A stretch of DNA of 64,000 bases from Hypanus sabinus (GCF_030144855.1 NC_082722.1:26660001-26724000); one strand, 5' to 3'. Counted from the stretch's first letter, positions 51,791 to 63,300 are shown. Notes: generated by a model from the sequence alone, not told the origin. Numbers and translations: made by a program.

Positions 51791-52547
51791 AGTATTATGG
51801 GACCTAATTCGAAAAAAAGTAAGTCTGAAATCTGTCACTGGAAATAATTCGTGATGTACATATTATATGCTTTTGTTCATGAAACTTAGCATTTAAATTA
51901 CATGAAAATTGGTGATGAAATAGGCATCAGTGCTCAAGATCCAAAATCATACATTGTGCCGGAGATGTGTGCGTGACAACGTCCGAGGGAAGGCACTTGC
52001 TGTTCAATTCAGTCGCGTTCATCATTTCTTTTTTGGTTTGTAATCCAGACATTAAGCAGTAGTTCATTAGTCGAACCGTAATACCCAAACCCGAAAGGAA
52101 ATTATCAACAGAAACAAATATTTTCATTTATGTAACCCCGTCCCTACGCGTCACGGCTTAAAAGCTTTTGGCCATAAGAGCGCAATTGCTCTACTAGAGA
52201 AACCAGCAATGAGCTATTTCACTGAAGGTATACGACTGAAATGGAGCAAAACTTCAAAGGTAAATTGGAATGAAGAAATGCTGTAATTATTTTGTTTGCC
52301 TATCTTATTAGACATTCTACAACTCCTAAGCGAATTTCCATCTTTACCATCAAAATGCGTAGAGTACAGATTTGAATTTATTTCTCAATAAAGATTTGGA
52401 TAATTCCTGAATTCAGCAAGAGGGCAACATTTTCATCATTATCACGAACGTACTAGGCAGGCCACGCAAAAAAAATTAGAACTGTAAGAGTTCTTATTTT
52501 CCTCCCAGCCCAGGCATATTTTAAATCTGAACCACATTATTCTGCAT

Positions 52548-52630
52548 TGCGGTGGCGTCATCCTACGTCATGTTTACATGATTAATACATTTCCTCACGA
52601 AAATCTTTTCCTCCAGCAAATTCTATAAAA
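52548..52630 (+). promoter_or_regulatory. Proximal promoter of copy D: RUNX-like TGCGGT (52548), two CGTCA half-CRE sites, TATAAAA (52624-52630)
   Basis: Motifs read directly; the TATA box lies 44 nt upstream of the ATG at 52674. Confidence 0.55.
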
Positions 52631-52673
52631 CACCACTTGCATTGCAGGAGTCGGTCCATTAGGATTCTGCAAG

Positions 52674-52728
52674 ATGTCGGAGAAATTGACGGTTTCGTAC
52701 TTGGCACTTCTGGCTATTACTTGGCTAA
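52674..52728 (+). CDS. Copy D leader exon MSEKLTVSYLALLAITWL
   Basis: Hydrophobic; donor a|gtacgc. Confidence 0.85.
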
Positions 52729-55700
52729 GTACGCTAATTTATAACTGCCGCTTCCGAACTTAATATTCTATTTTAAATCTTTAATTCTGGGTGCCCGCAG
52801 CATATCAAGTTACAGTGTTTCAGCTATTCGTTCGAAATTCGCTCTTAGATGTCCAATGACTTACGTCTTTAGTTTTTTTTTGTTAATTCATTGTGTTTAA
52901 CCGTTACTAACACTCTTGCTTATTTTTCCGGCAGCTGTCGAAGTAACAGCGAGCGAAGTATTTCAAATCCCTAGGAACCTGGACGTCCCGCGAGGTGCGA
53001 ATGTTACCATGTTCTGCAAATTTCCACTATTGCAAGATACTGTTGACGTTCGTTGGTGGAAGGACAGCGACAAGACATTGCTAGAAAGTGACAACAGAAT
53101 GCAATTTACTCTCGAAAGGGAAAGGGGTTCACTTGTACTCTGGAATGTCAAAGTCGCCGACTCCGGAATGTATTACTGTGTAGCAACTTATCAACTACGA
53201 TATCTCGGGAGAGGAAATGGCACCAGGCTCTCTGTGTTCGGTGAGTAAGGCTGTTTGGAGATTTTCAGCTCTGTGCATTTTACATCAAACTTAGTGATGA
53301 CGATAAAACGAAATGTTTCTTCTTGATAAAATGAACGGCGAGAATATATTCTTTCCCACGTTAACTACACCCCAGTCCAGATGTTCTAAATTCAGAATTA
53401 TAAATATCAGAAGAGTCAATCACATTTCATGTAGCATCTTTGAGGCACATAATAGAGTTAATTCTGTTTATATTATCGTACTTCCCCAGACTCTTTCTCA
53501 TTGCTTTTCATCCAGCCCTGTTCATCAGCTATCTCCCAGTTAAACTGGTGTCCAAGGTTTGTGATACCTTCGGACTTTATCCTTATTATCGCGAAGGTAC
53601 TCTCAATGCAACGAGTTACTGTACAAGCATGGTTAGGATTGTTTTGCAAGAAAGAGTTCGAAGCAATATTAGTACTAATGTGAATGGCTGGAGTAGGATA
53701 ACTCGATTCGTCATCACAGAGGACGCAAAATATCTGAAAACTTTTATAATCTCTATCAAAAGTCGAAATCATATGCACAATGCTCCATTTCCGCATCGAC
53801 AAGTAGAGAGGAATAATACACATTTCCAAACGAGTTAATTCCAACATAAAGTGACAATTTGTCGCATGCACTGCAAATTGTCATTCCACCTTTTGTCATG
53901 CAGGATTAGCAAAATCTATATTTCTTTCTGCATTCAAATGGGGAGAAATATCGACCTCTCAAGATCAAGGTAAATTTTGATGGGGTTTGACAGTAAAGTG
54001 TAGAGCAGCGGGCACAAACCCACATTCAACACTTCCACTGGCAGCCAATTCCACAATAGCATCACCGTCTGAATGAAGACTTTACTGCTCAGGTTTGACT
54101 TCAATGCTTCTTCTTTGACTCTTAAGCTCTGACTCCTAATTACATTCTCACCATACCTCAGTGGATGAATCAGGATTTCATGTACCGTATCTGCACCTTT
54201 CATAATTTTGTCTACCTCTATCAAACGTTCGCTCATTCCCTTACCTATCATGGAAAAAAATCCAGCTTGTTAAACCTTTCCTCATAATTCATGCCCTCAA
54301 ATTCTTGCAAACTCCTTGTAAGTTTCCTTGAACTCATTCAATCATATTGATAACTTCCTGCAGATAGTTGGCCAGAACTGCAAACAATGCTCCAAATTTG
54401 TTCTCACTAACTTCTAATACAACTTCAGCATAATATCTTATCTTCTGCGCTTAATAATCTGATGTATGAATGCCAATTTGACAAAGACTATCTTTACGAT
54501 ACTATCCGTTTTTGGTTCCACTTTCAGAGTTTTTTCGATAGATATTCGAAGATCATTTTTTTAACCGCACTCTACAAAGCAAGTTTCGTTCACTGTGTAA
54601 ATCCGAGACTGGTTTGTCTTCTCAAAGCGCAAGAGATTACAATTACCTTCATTTAATTCTATGTGCCATTTTCAGTCCATTTTTACACCTGGTCTCGAAC
54701 CCGCTGCAAGCTGTCACAGCCATGCGGCACACCACTTGTCAAAAGCCTTCATTCAAAGAACAACTATCTGCTACCATATTCTAGCTTCCCCCGCGAAGCC
54801 AACGTTAGAGACGATTGACTCCTTCATCCTGAATGCCAAGCGAATGTTCTTGCTCAAACCACCACTACCATGCAGAGCTTTTAAAAAGCTCTTATTATAA
54901 TCCACGTTGAACATATCCACTGTTCTCTTTCATCAAGATCCATGGTAACCTGCTCAGAAAGCTCTTTAAGGTTGGTTAGACACAGCCTATCTTGAACAAA
55001 ACAATTATGTGCATTGGTAATCATGGCCATTCTATTTAATTATTTATATATCATAATCTTCAGAATATCTCCCAATAAGTTACCCACGTATCTGTAATAC
55101 CCTTTAGCCTATAATATCCAGGCTTATTCCGAGAGTCTATCTTGAATAACGGCAAAACTAGAGACATAACAGCAGAGCAAGTTCTTGGGTAATTGCAAGG
55201 TCTGCAAGTATCGAATTCAACTGACCAGATGATGTACATCGCAGGATTCTGCTAAAAGTTGCTGATGAGATTGTGGAGGCATTAGTAAAGGTAAAGAGCT
55301 TTCAAAGATAACTAGATTCTGGAATGGTTCTGAAAGATTAGAAAATTGTAAAATTCACCCAACTCTTCAAGAAGGCAGAGAGGCAGACAGGGGAAACCAC
55401 AGGCCAGTCAGTTCGACCTCACTGGTGACAAGGTATTAGAGACCGTTGTTAAGCATCAGGTCTTAGGTTACTTGGAGACACATAATAAAACACACCATAG
55501 TCAGCCCAATTTCCTCAAGGAAACTCTCGACAGACTATTCTGACTGAATTATTTGAAGGAATGAAAAGCATGACGGAATTGATTTCTTTGTTGCAAAGTT
55601 TGCAGACGATGTGAAGATGGTTGGACAGGCAGGTAGTTTTTAGGAAATAGTGAGGGTGCAGAAGGACTTAGACAGATTATAGAGAATAAGCAAAGAAGTT

Positions 55701-58700
55701 GCAGACAGAATGCAACATTGAGAAGTATGTGGTCATGCACTTCGGTTCAGGGTATGAGCGTTTTGACCATTTTCTAACTGGAGCGAAAATCCAACCACAT
55801 TGAGGTGAAAAGAGACTTGGGAGTCTGTGTGAAGTATTCCATGCAGATTAACTTGCAGGTTATATCTGTGTTCAGGACGGCAACTGAAATGGTAGCACTC
55901 ATTTCATGAAGACTAGAATATAAAAGCAAGGATGAATATTGGGACGGATAAAACACTGGTAAGGCGTCACGGCATATTGTCAGCAGTTTAAGTCTCCTTG
56001 TCTTTGGAAGAAAGTGTGAAACTGGGGAGGGTGCAAAAGAGGTTCATGACAATGATTCCAGAATTCAATAGTTAATCATATGAGGAGCTGTGAGCCTGTT
56101 TTCATTAGAATTCAGAAAAAAATAAGGCTGACTGTACTGAACCCTACTTAAATGTGAAAGTACTTGATTGTGTGGTTGTGGAGAGGATGTTTCGTATGGT
56201 GGGAGAGTCTGAGACCAGAGGACGCAACCTCTGAATAGATGATCATCCTTTTAAAAAAGGAGATGAGGAGGCATGCCTATACCCAGAGAGTGGTGAACCT
56301 GTGGATTGTTTTTGCCACAGGTAGCTATGGAGACCAAGTCTTTATAAGTCTGGATATTTAAAGCAGGGGTTTATATAATCTTGATTGTTTAGGGCATGAA
56401 GAACTACGGGGAGGAGGCTGCATATTCGGGCTGAGAGGAACATTATTGCTATGATCAAATGGCAGAGCAAACTTGGTGGGTGAAATAGCCTAATTTGGCT
56501 TCTATATCAAATAGTCAAGTGGTCTTAAAACATTAGTTAAAGTCCAGTCTTCCGGCACCTCACCCACGAGTAAGGACATTCTGAACACCTATATCGGGGC
56601 CGTTTCACTTTTTGCATTAGCTTCCAACGAGGTCCGATAAGACACCTTGCCATGTTCTGGAGATATCCGCACCCTAATTTCCCTCAAGTCTGTAATCCGT
56701 ATATGGACCGGGACATTGCTTCTGTTTTGACTCAGTTGTATAGCCTCTGTGTACGTCTCCCGAGTAAATATTGATGGAAAAAGATTAGATTTCCCCCCAC
56801 CTCTTTAGGCTCCATGCATTGTTGAATTCGCTGATCTTCAAATGGATCAATGTTATTTGTCGCTCTCTGTCTATGCTTAATGTATATGCAGAATGCTTCG
56901 ATTTTTCTTTTTCAGCTTGGCATTGTCCATCACCTAGAATCTGGAAAGGCCAAGATTATTGACGTGGGTATAGGTGTGGGAAGTGGAGTCAGGCAACTGT
57001 GAGCTCCGAATGGCTATTGTAGGCAGAACGAAATCCTAACTGCTGTGATCAAAAGATAAAACAATCTAACTATTGGATCTCTCCTCTTAGACACCGATCA
57101 GAGCTGCAGCGGAAGCAGATCTGGTTTACAAAGCCTTAAAATTGGGCGCACGTTTTAGTGAGCTCTGTTTATTGTGAAATTGAAGTTGTTCAGTTCCTGT
57201 TTGAACCTCTGCAAGGCATCATTTCTACAAGCGATCCTATAGAAGTGCCAAGTCACTGTCGACCAGTTTGCTGCTGGACGGCAGGCTTTAGAAAGAATGG
57301 AACTATAGAATCAATGTGCTTAATATGAATTTGCATTTCTGTTCCTGTTTGTTTCACGGAGGAGATGTTTGCCTCATTTAACAAGGGGAAATGATATAGG
57401 AGTGGTTCATATTCCGAGGAAAGCTCTATTACTGGATGTTTATGACTAGGAACTTCAACCCCAAGGCCTGAAACATTCCCTAAGCAGTTGAGCTGCCAGA
57501 AAATTAAACCCCATGGGCATTCGTGCTATAGAAAACTGTGATAATTTGGGTTTGTTGCTCAGTCTTGATATGAAATTAAAAATCCAAAAATAGCAAGCTT
57601 TTGAAAGTCAACTGTGCACTAAAGCACAAATACCATCAAAAGATAATATCTCCCTCACTTTGGACCTCTTAGCTTCACTGTCGAAGTGTATACTCTGAGC
57701 ACTTCCTTTATCCGTCTCCCAAGGTGACTGTATTTGTTCTGCTTATCTTGTGACTGTCTGTGCTGGATGGCAACTTCATGTGCTGTGTGTGACTACATAT
57801 ACTGTACTGTATTTTGCAACATGCTCCAGAAGAACAATGTTTCGCTTAGAGGTCTGTGTGTATAGTTGAGCAACAATAAACAGATGGGAAATTAAAATAA
57901 TTTATTAGATATTGGTTAATACTGACGGGTAACTAATTTAATAGTTGAGTGTCATGCTAGTTGGCGTAGAGATGAAGGACATACCTGAACTGAAGTAGAT
58001 GGAAAATACCCAATATAACTTTGTTTTTACTCAAGTTTCTCCAACCCCATTGAAAATTGTTCCCGTTGGAGGGTTTTCGTCTCCTGGAAAGCTGCTTTGT
58101 AAAACGGCTGCCTACTACCCGGAGAAACTAGAAATCATTTGGCTGAGAAATAACGAAGAAATTCGCACTGGAATTGAACGTGTGACAAACCGGAGCGTGG
58201 ATGGCATGTACGAAGCGTTTAGTTTAATGGAAGTCACGCAGTCTACTTGGGGAGATGTTTACATTTGCCTGGTGTCGCATGTCTCCCTTACGGTGCCTGC
58301 AAGTTTCATCTACATCCTGGAGCAAGGTAAGATGGTGTCTCGATGAAGTCATGATGTTGGATCTGGGCCTTAAACGTCGACAATTTAGATCTGCACGTAC
58401 AAGAGCAAGATGTACTCAGCAGGTCGGGCAGCATCCGTTGAACGGATCAACGGATGCTGCCCGACCTGCTGAGTTCATCCACCTTTTTTACGTGGTGTTT
58501 TGACCACAGTATTTGTAGTGTTCTTTGTATTGACTATTTAGATCTGCCTCATCAGCTGAGTTTTCCTGGATTTTATGAGTTACTCTGGATTTCAGCATGT
58601 TCAGAATATTTTGCGCTGAATATAAGATGGAAGTGCTCACAGGTTATAGTGGTGGTGTCAATGTGCCCTTGTAAGAACCGTAACTGAACAACTACCCAAA

Positions 58701-61700
58701 CACGGAAGAATGACTACTTTTGAAGTTTAGTAATTGACAGTGAATATTCAACGTGAATGGTGCTCAAAATCTAATGTCTTACTCCGTTAGCTTAAATCGT
58801 GTAGGACGAATTAAGAAACTGAATTCGCGTGGTATTTGTAAAGTAGCAAACTTCGGAACATTTGCCAAAACTGTGACATAATAAAACTTAAACTTTATAT
58901 CTCATCGTGTTATAACAAATGTGGAAACTTGCATTTCGTGCCTGATGATATATTTTCAGTTATCGTGCAGTGAAATCTGAAAGGAGCCTATGAAATAGTT
59001 TGTATTTTTAATTGTCATATGGGCATTTGTATTTAGTTGTATAAATGCTTCACAGTTTCTTGTTTCCCCCCGTAGATCCAGAAGACGCTGAAACTAAATT
59101 AATTCTGTCATGTGTACTGGGCGGATTGGCAATTTTAGCTCTGATAATAGTTTTGCTGAAAGTCATTTTAAAGAGATCGCACGGTAAGAACCCTGATCGC
59201 TGAGAAGTGTCACCACTTTACGCGCAAAACAGAAGCCCTATAGATATTTAACTTCAAAAAGAATAAATGTCATTACAGCATGATAAGACCTGGATTGTGA
59301 TTTTCGAACCTGATTACATAGATAATCATCAGGCACAACACAAGCTGGATCTTCAAATGCAATGATTTCACCAGTTCACTCGCTGTATTTACATGCTGCA
59401 CCTTGTTCGTGAATGCCGCTATATTCCTTTGGAATACTTCAGATGTCGTTTTCAATACAATGGCAGATCCAATTTTGAAACGTAAGCAGCTGCGCGTAGG
59501 CCAGCGTATGACAGCCACTGTCATTGTGTAAAGAACATTGACGAACTCGTGCATGTCTCAGTGATGTTAATTTCCATTTTAGCGACAGTATTTAAAAGTA
59601 GTACGGCCACTCATATGCTATTTATTATCACTTTACAGCTTCGTTAAAAGTCGAAGACTCTTGACCATAGTGCCGTTATGTTGATGCACTGTATTAAGAC
59701 AACTGATACTACAAATGGCTTTCTAAAAGATTCATAAATTCAACAGTTCCTCTTACGCGATGAATTCAATTAGTATGTGGCAAATAATCTCTAATTTTTC
59801 GAATGCAAATAATTTATTTTATTTTTCTTAAGGGATCAACACAAGTTCTTTGGACAGATGTCAGGATGAAGAGACGGTAGGTGAAGTGGCTTGTCTTCTT
59901 TTAGAGTGGTGTATACATATAGCAGAGCTTTTATAAATTCATTTTGTTCTAACATTTGGAACTCAGTAGAGAAGAATGAAACTGTCCGACAGTTCTTCAT
60001 TTTGAAGTACAAATCCAAGATGTATTTGAATATTCTTGTTGAATCTGTTTCTTGACAGGGTGCACTAAGATGAACGGTAATATATACTAATGTAAGTTAG
60101 GCTGTTAATCATACTTCCTGTGACGAATAATTAAACAAAAATCTGAGACTGAGGTATTTTAGATGTCAAATATCGGTTTACGAGAATTGCTGTGTACTGG
60201 TCAATGGGGAAAATAGAGTACACGCACAAATCAGTTCGCAATCTATGTTACATTTGAATTGACGGCAGAGTAGACAAGATTATAAATGCAACAAAATCTT
60301 GCTTTTGTATGTCATATGTATTTTCTAACCCCGATTCCCAACAAAGATCTACACAGCAGTGCATAACCTGCAATGCAATCGAATATGCTTCCAATTAACC
60401 GTGTAGTGTTTGGTGCATAGTGATACCCACATGTTAACGAAACTCCATACTCCATGAGGCTACGCTGAATTATCTTCCTAAATTTTGAAAACAATGCCTG
60501 AAACTTATAAATGTATTATCATTTCCCATTTTGGGTTTAATCCAGAATTAAAAATCTTTAACGACATATTGGGAAAGAGAAAAAGTTGTCCTTTCAATTT
60601 GAACACCTCTCCCCAGTAAGCAACATAAACATTAAGTGTTTCTCTTTTGCTCTCGTGGTTCCTGATTTTCTGTGCGTTTTATTTGTTTATTTTACTGCAG
60701 AGTTTCTGCAATTCAATGTTATTAAATTTGTCCCACCTGGATTCTTCTGTTAGCATGTGTTAAACTTTATCGGTTGTATAACCATCTGTCTAAAACTGGA
60801 AACGTCTTTTTGTGTTCCATTAATCACCTTCCCAATTTTAGAGCAGGTTTTTATGCTTCCGTAAGGATAGCTGCAGCAGCAATCTTTCTCAGCTTTGTTT
60901 TCTTCCACCTGGGTGGACATCAACCTGAAGGCATGAACATTGGTATCTCTAAATTTTGATAGATATTTCATCATCCCCCTTCTCTTTTTCTCTCTGTTCG
61001 CTATTATGGCTTCCTTTCACCTCTTCTCTTCTTATCTGCCTATCACCTCCTTTTTCCATTTCTTCCAGGGTCCACTCTCTCCTCCTACCAGATACGTTCT
61101 TGCACCCTTTACCTTTTCCAGTCATCACCTCCCAGCTTCATCGTCATTCCATCCCCCAGTATACACACGCCTTCTTACACACATGTTTTCTCCTATCACC
61201 TGCCATCTTGTATTCCAACTCCACCTTCTTATTCTAGCTTCTGTCTCCTTCTTTTGCTTTCCCGATAAAGCGATCTGGCTAGAAACATAGACAGTTTATT
61301 TGCCTTCATACATGCTGCCTTACCTAATGAATTAAATCATCATTTTTCGTTGCATGCGTCAAGATTACCAGCATCTGCAGAATTCCTGGAAATGATCTTT
61401 TTTTTTCCCTTGCTTTCACGAATGTAATTAAATTTTTACATGGAGTGACGGGGGGGGGGGGGACCCCAAATGCAGGGCACAGGAGCGGAGATGGGGTTGA
61501 GTGTTGCTTGCACAGTTGCAAACGCGGAACAGATCAATAGAAGGAACATGTGATACGGAGCTCTGAAATGGTAACTTGACATGGAGACGGGGTTTTCATG
61601 GAGTAACTTGAACTAGAGCTGAACTTAGAACGAACAGTTCTAAGCGGTCGGGAAATGAAGTCATCACACGGGATTAGACCAACGAACTGTGCTTGTTAGG

Positions 61701-62663
61701 CCACTGTTCTTATTCTGCAGTCTCCGATGGAAAAGTGTTGTTCTGTAATTAAGAGAACTAGCAGCAAAAGGGAATCTAACGACTGGAATTAGGCATTATC
61801 AAGAAGATAGGAGCGAGATGAGGGGCAGCCAGACAGGACCAGGATATTCATATGTAATTTGAAAACGAGGATACACTGACAACATGAAAGGAGGAATAGC
61901 TATCCTTTCCACCGCCCATTATCAGCTCCATAATGAACACGAATATCTGATAATAACCTAGGAACACTGATCCAACAGAACATTGGTGTTATTAATGGAA
62001 ATACCGAACTGTGACAAAACAGTAACCATAGGGCATGAATGAACAAAGAGCCAAAGTTAGTTCTATCAGTTGTGCCGTATCCACTGATGACAGTGTCTGT
62101 GTGCATTTGGAGTTCTGTTGGGAGGTGTGACTGAGGAAACACCTGTAACATCTAAGGGCTTACCAGTTTGCGGCAATCAGATACATATAACACAAACATG
62201 CGTTTGTATTTTGATTTAGCGAAATATTTTGTACTATACCTGTTGCTTCAAGGAGTTAGCTACTTGATTACTCGATTATTTGAAGTTCATTTCAAGTAAG
62301 GAAAGAAACGCTCATTGTTCAGTGGGAGAACACGAGCTGTTTAAGTTGAACTACCTAATGAATCAAAAAGGGAAAGTTTGATACAATGTTGACATAAACC
62401 TTGTGTAAAGCGGCAGAAGTGTAAAGTTAATAACTTATGAGTGCATCACTAATTTATTTTAAAATTTTTGATTCAACTTGTTCAACTCAATGAGTTCTCG
62501 ATTAACCGCTGATTTTGAAATATTTTCACAGACTAAATGAAATGGAGCTGTCAAACCGACTTACGCTGCTCTGCAACTTCCCGATTCCAAGAACACCTCA
62601 GCGTCCAATCATCTAAAGAAACATACATTGTACGCAGATGTAAATAGATGAAAGAAACAGTGA
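52674..62663 (+). CDS. Receptor copy D: leader-VJ-C1-TM Ig-superfamily receptor (NKp30-like V plus C1), about 260 aa if the tail is truncated
   Basis: Phase-1 exons 52674-52728, 52935-53240, 58036-58326, 59076-59183 and 60059-60076 are open with canonical AG/GT. The tail exon starts at 62532. Confidence 0.85.
52935..53240 (+). CDS. Copy D V-set exon with germline-joined J-like segment
   Basis: EVFQIP..G.NVTMFC..WW..DSGMYYC..LGRGNGTRLSVF; ggcag| and g|gtgagt. Confidence 0.92.
53870..54900 (-). mobile_element. Degraded CR1 fragments
   Basis: ORF 53934-54251 (LIEVDKIMKG..V..LWNWLPVEV). Confidence 0.55.
55200..56520 (+). mobile_element. Degraded CR1 RT and 3' UTR
   Basis: aagtttgcagacgat (KFADD), gggtgcaaaagaggttca and atgaggaggcatgcc..agagagtggtgaacctgtgg. 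Confidence 0.7.
58036..58326 (+). CDS. Copy D C1-set exon
   Basis: KLLCKTAAYYPEKLEIIW..YICLVSH matches the C1-set signatures C-x-x-x-x-(F/Y)YP..I.W and YxCxVxH; 291 nt. Confidence 0.92.
58414..58474. repeat. Perfect 28-bp inverted repeat with a 5-nt loop (Penelope terminal-repeat derived)
   Basis: actcagcaggtcgggcagcatccgttga-acgga-tcaacggatgctgcccgacctgctgagt. Confidence 0.9.
59076..59183 (+). CDS. Copy D stalk and transmembrane exon DPEDAETKLILSCVLGGLAILALIIVLLKVILKRSH
   Basis: cccccgtag| and g|gtaaga; 20-aa uncharged hydrophobic core followed by basic residues. Confidence 0.88.
60059..60076 (+). CDS. Copy D cytoplasmic mini-exon (G)CTKMN; alternative donor at 60092 would give GCTKMNGNIY*
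   Basis: tttcttgacag| followed by g|gtaata, or t|gtaagt further downstream. Confidence 0.55.
60880..61385 (+). mobile_element. Penelope-like 3' fragment
   Basis: caacctgaaggcatgaacat, a pyrimidine tract and ..ccagcatctgcagaatt. Confidence 0.6.
62532..62663 (+). CDS. Copy D tail exon (PTYAAL, TLYADV) with in-frame TGA at codon 3
   Basis: ttttcacag|ACT AAA TGA AAT GGA GCT..; collinear with 3860-3991 (copy A has GGA at this codon). AATAAA at 62843 and 62876. Confidence 0.75.
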
Positions 62664-63300
62664 AGCTGAGAATCCGACTGCAGTTTAGAGCTTTAGACTA
62701 TCAATGAGTGCAGACCGAGGCATTGCTTCCTATAATTTCTTGCAATCAGACAAAGGTTGTTAATCGATATAACATATATAATTTCGGAAGATAAGGGATC
62801 AATATCCTCTTCGAATTGTTCGAGGGGATTATCACTGGAAGAAATAAAAGTAAGTAATTCAGGAATAAGATTGGGAATAAACCATTCCTCCTCTCTCTAT
62901 TGCCCAGTCATAATCTCCATTGTACAGTCCCCGATCATTTCAGGAAAGAAAACTACGTTGCCTAAGGTACCGCCACACCCCCAAGATATTGCGTCCAGAG
63001 TCCAAAGAAGATGAAAAAAAATCAAGAGATTTTCACTAGCGAGTGAAACTTTGCTGCAGTGTAATAAAAACGCCAACTGAACAGTTATTCTTTGCTCACT
63101 TATGTCAACGTTCAACAGAGGGAAATGTAGATTTGAAGATGTGAAAAACATCGTAACAGGTTCTCGCCATAACACCTCTGTGTTTGAATATTGATCAGTA
63201 AAAACGTATGCTAAAAAAATTCAGTACTCTTCTTTTTCTTATACATTCACGGCTTGTTACTCAAAATTAGCTGTATAATACAACTGCACTATCACATGGT

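Noticed and set aside
56916-57002. Exon-like frame LGIVHHLESGKAKIIDVGIGVGSGVRQL* with a J-like GxG pattern in copy D's V-C1 intron
   Set aside because: No V-domain cysteines or YxC, it ends in a stop, the phase does not fit, and it lies among TE debris.
60701-60959. Acceptor at 60700 and ORF containing LYRLYNHL as a possible extra tail exon of copy D
   Set aside because: In phase 1 the frame stops after EFLQFNVIKFVPPGFFC; the Tyr-containing frame is closed upstream and runs into a Penelope fragment.
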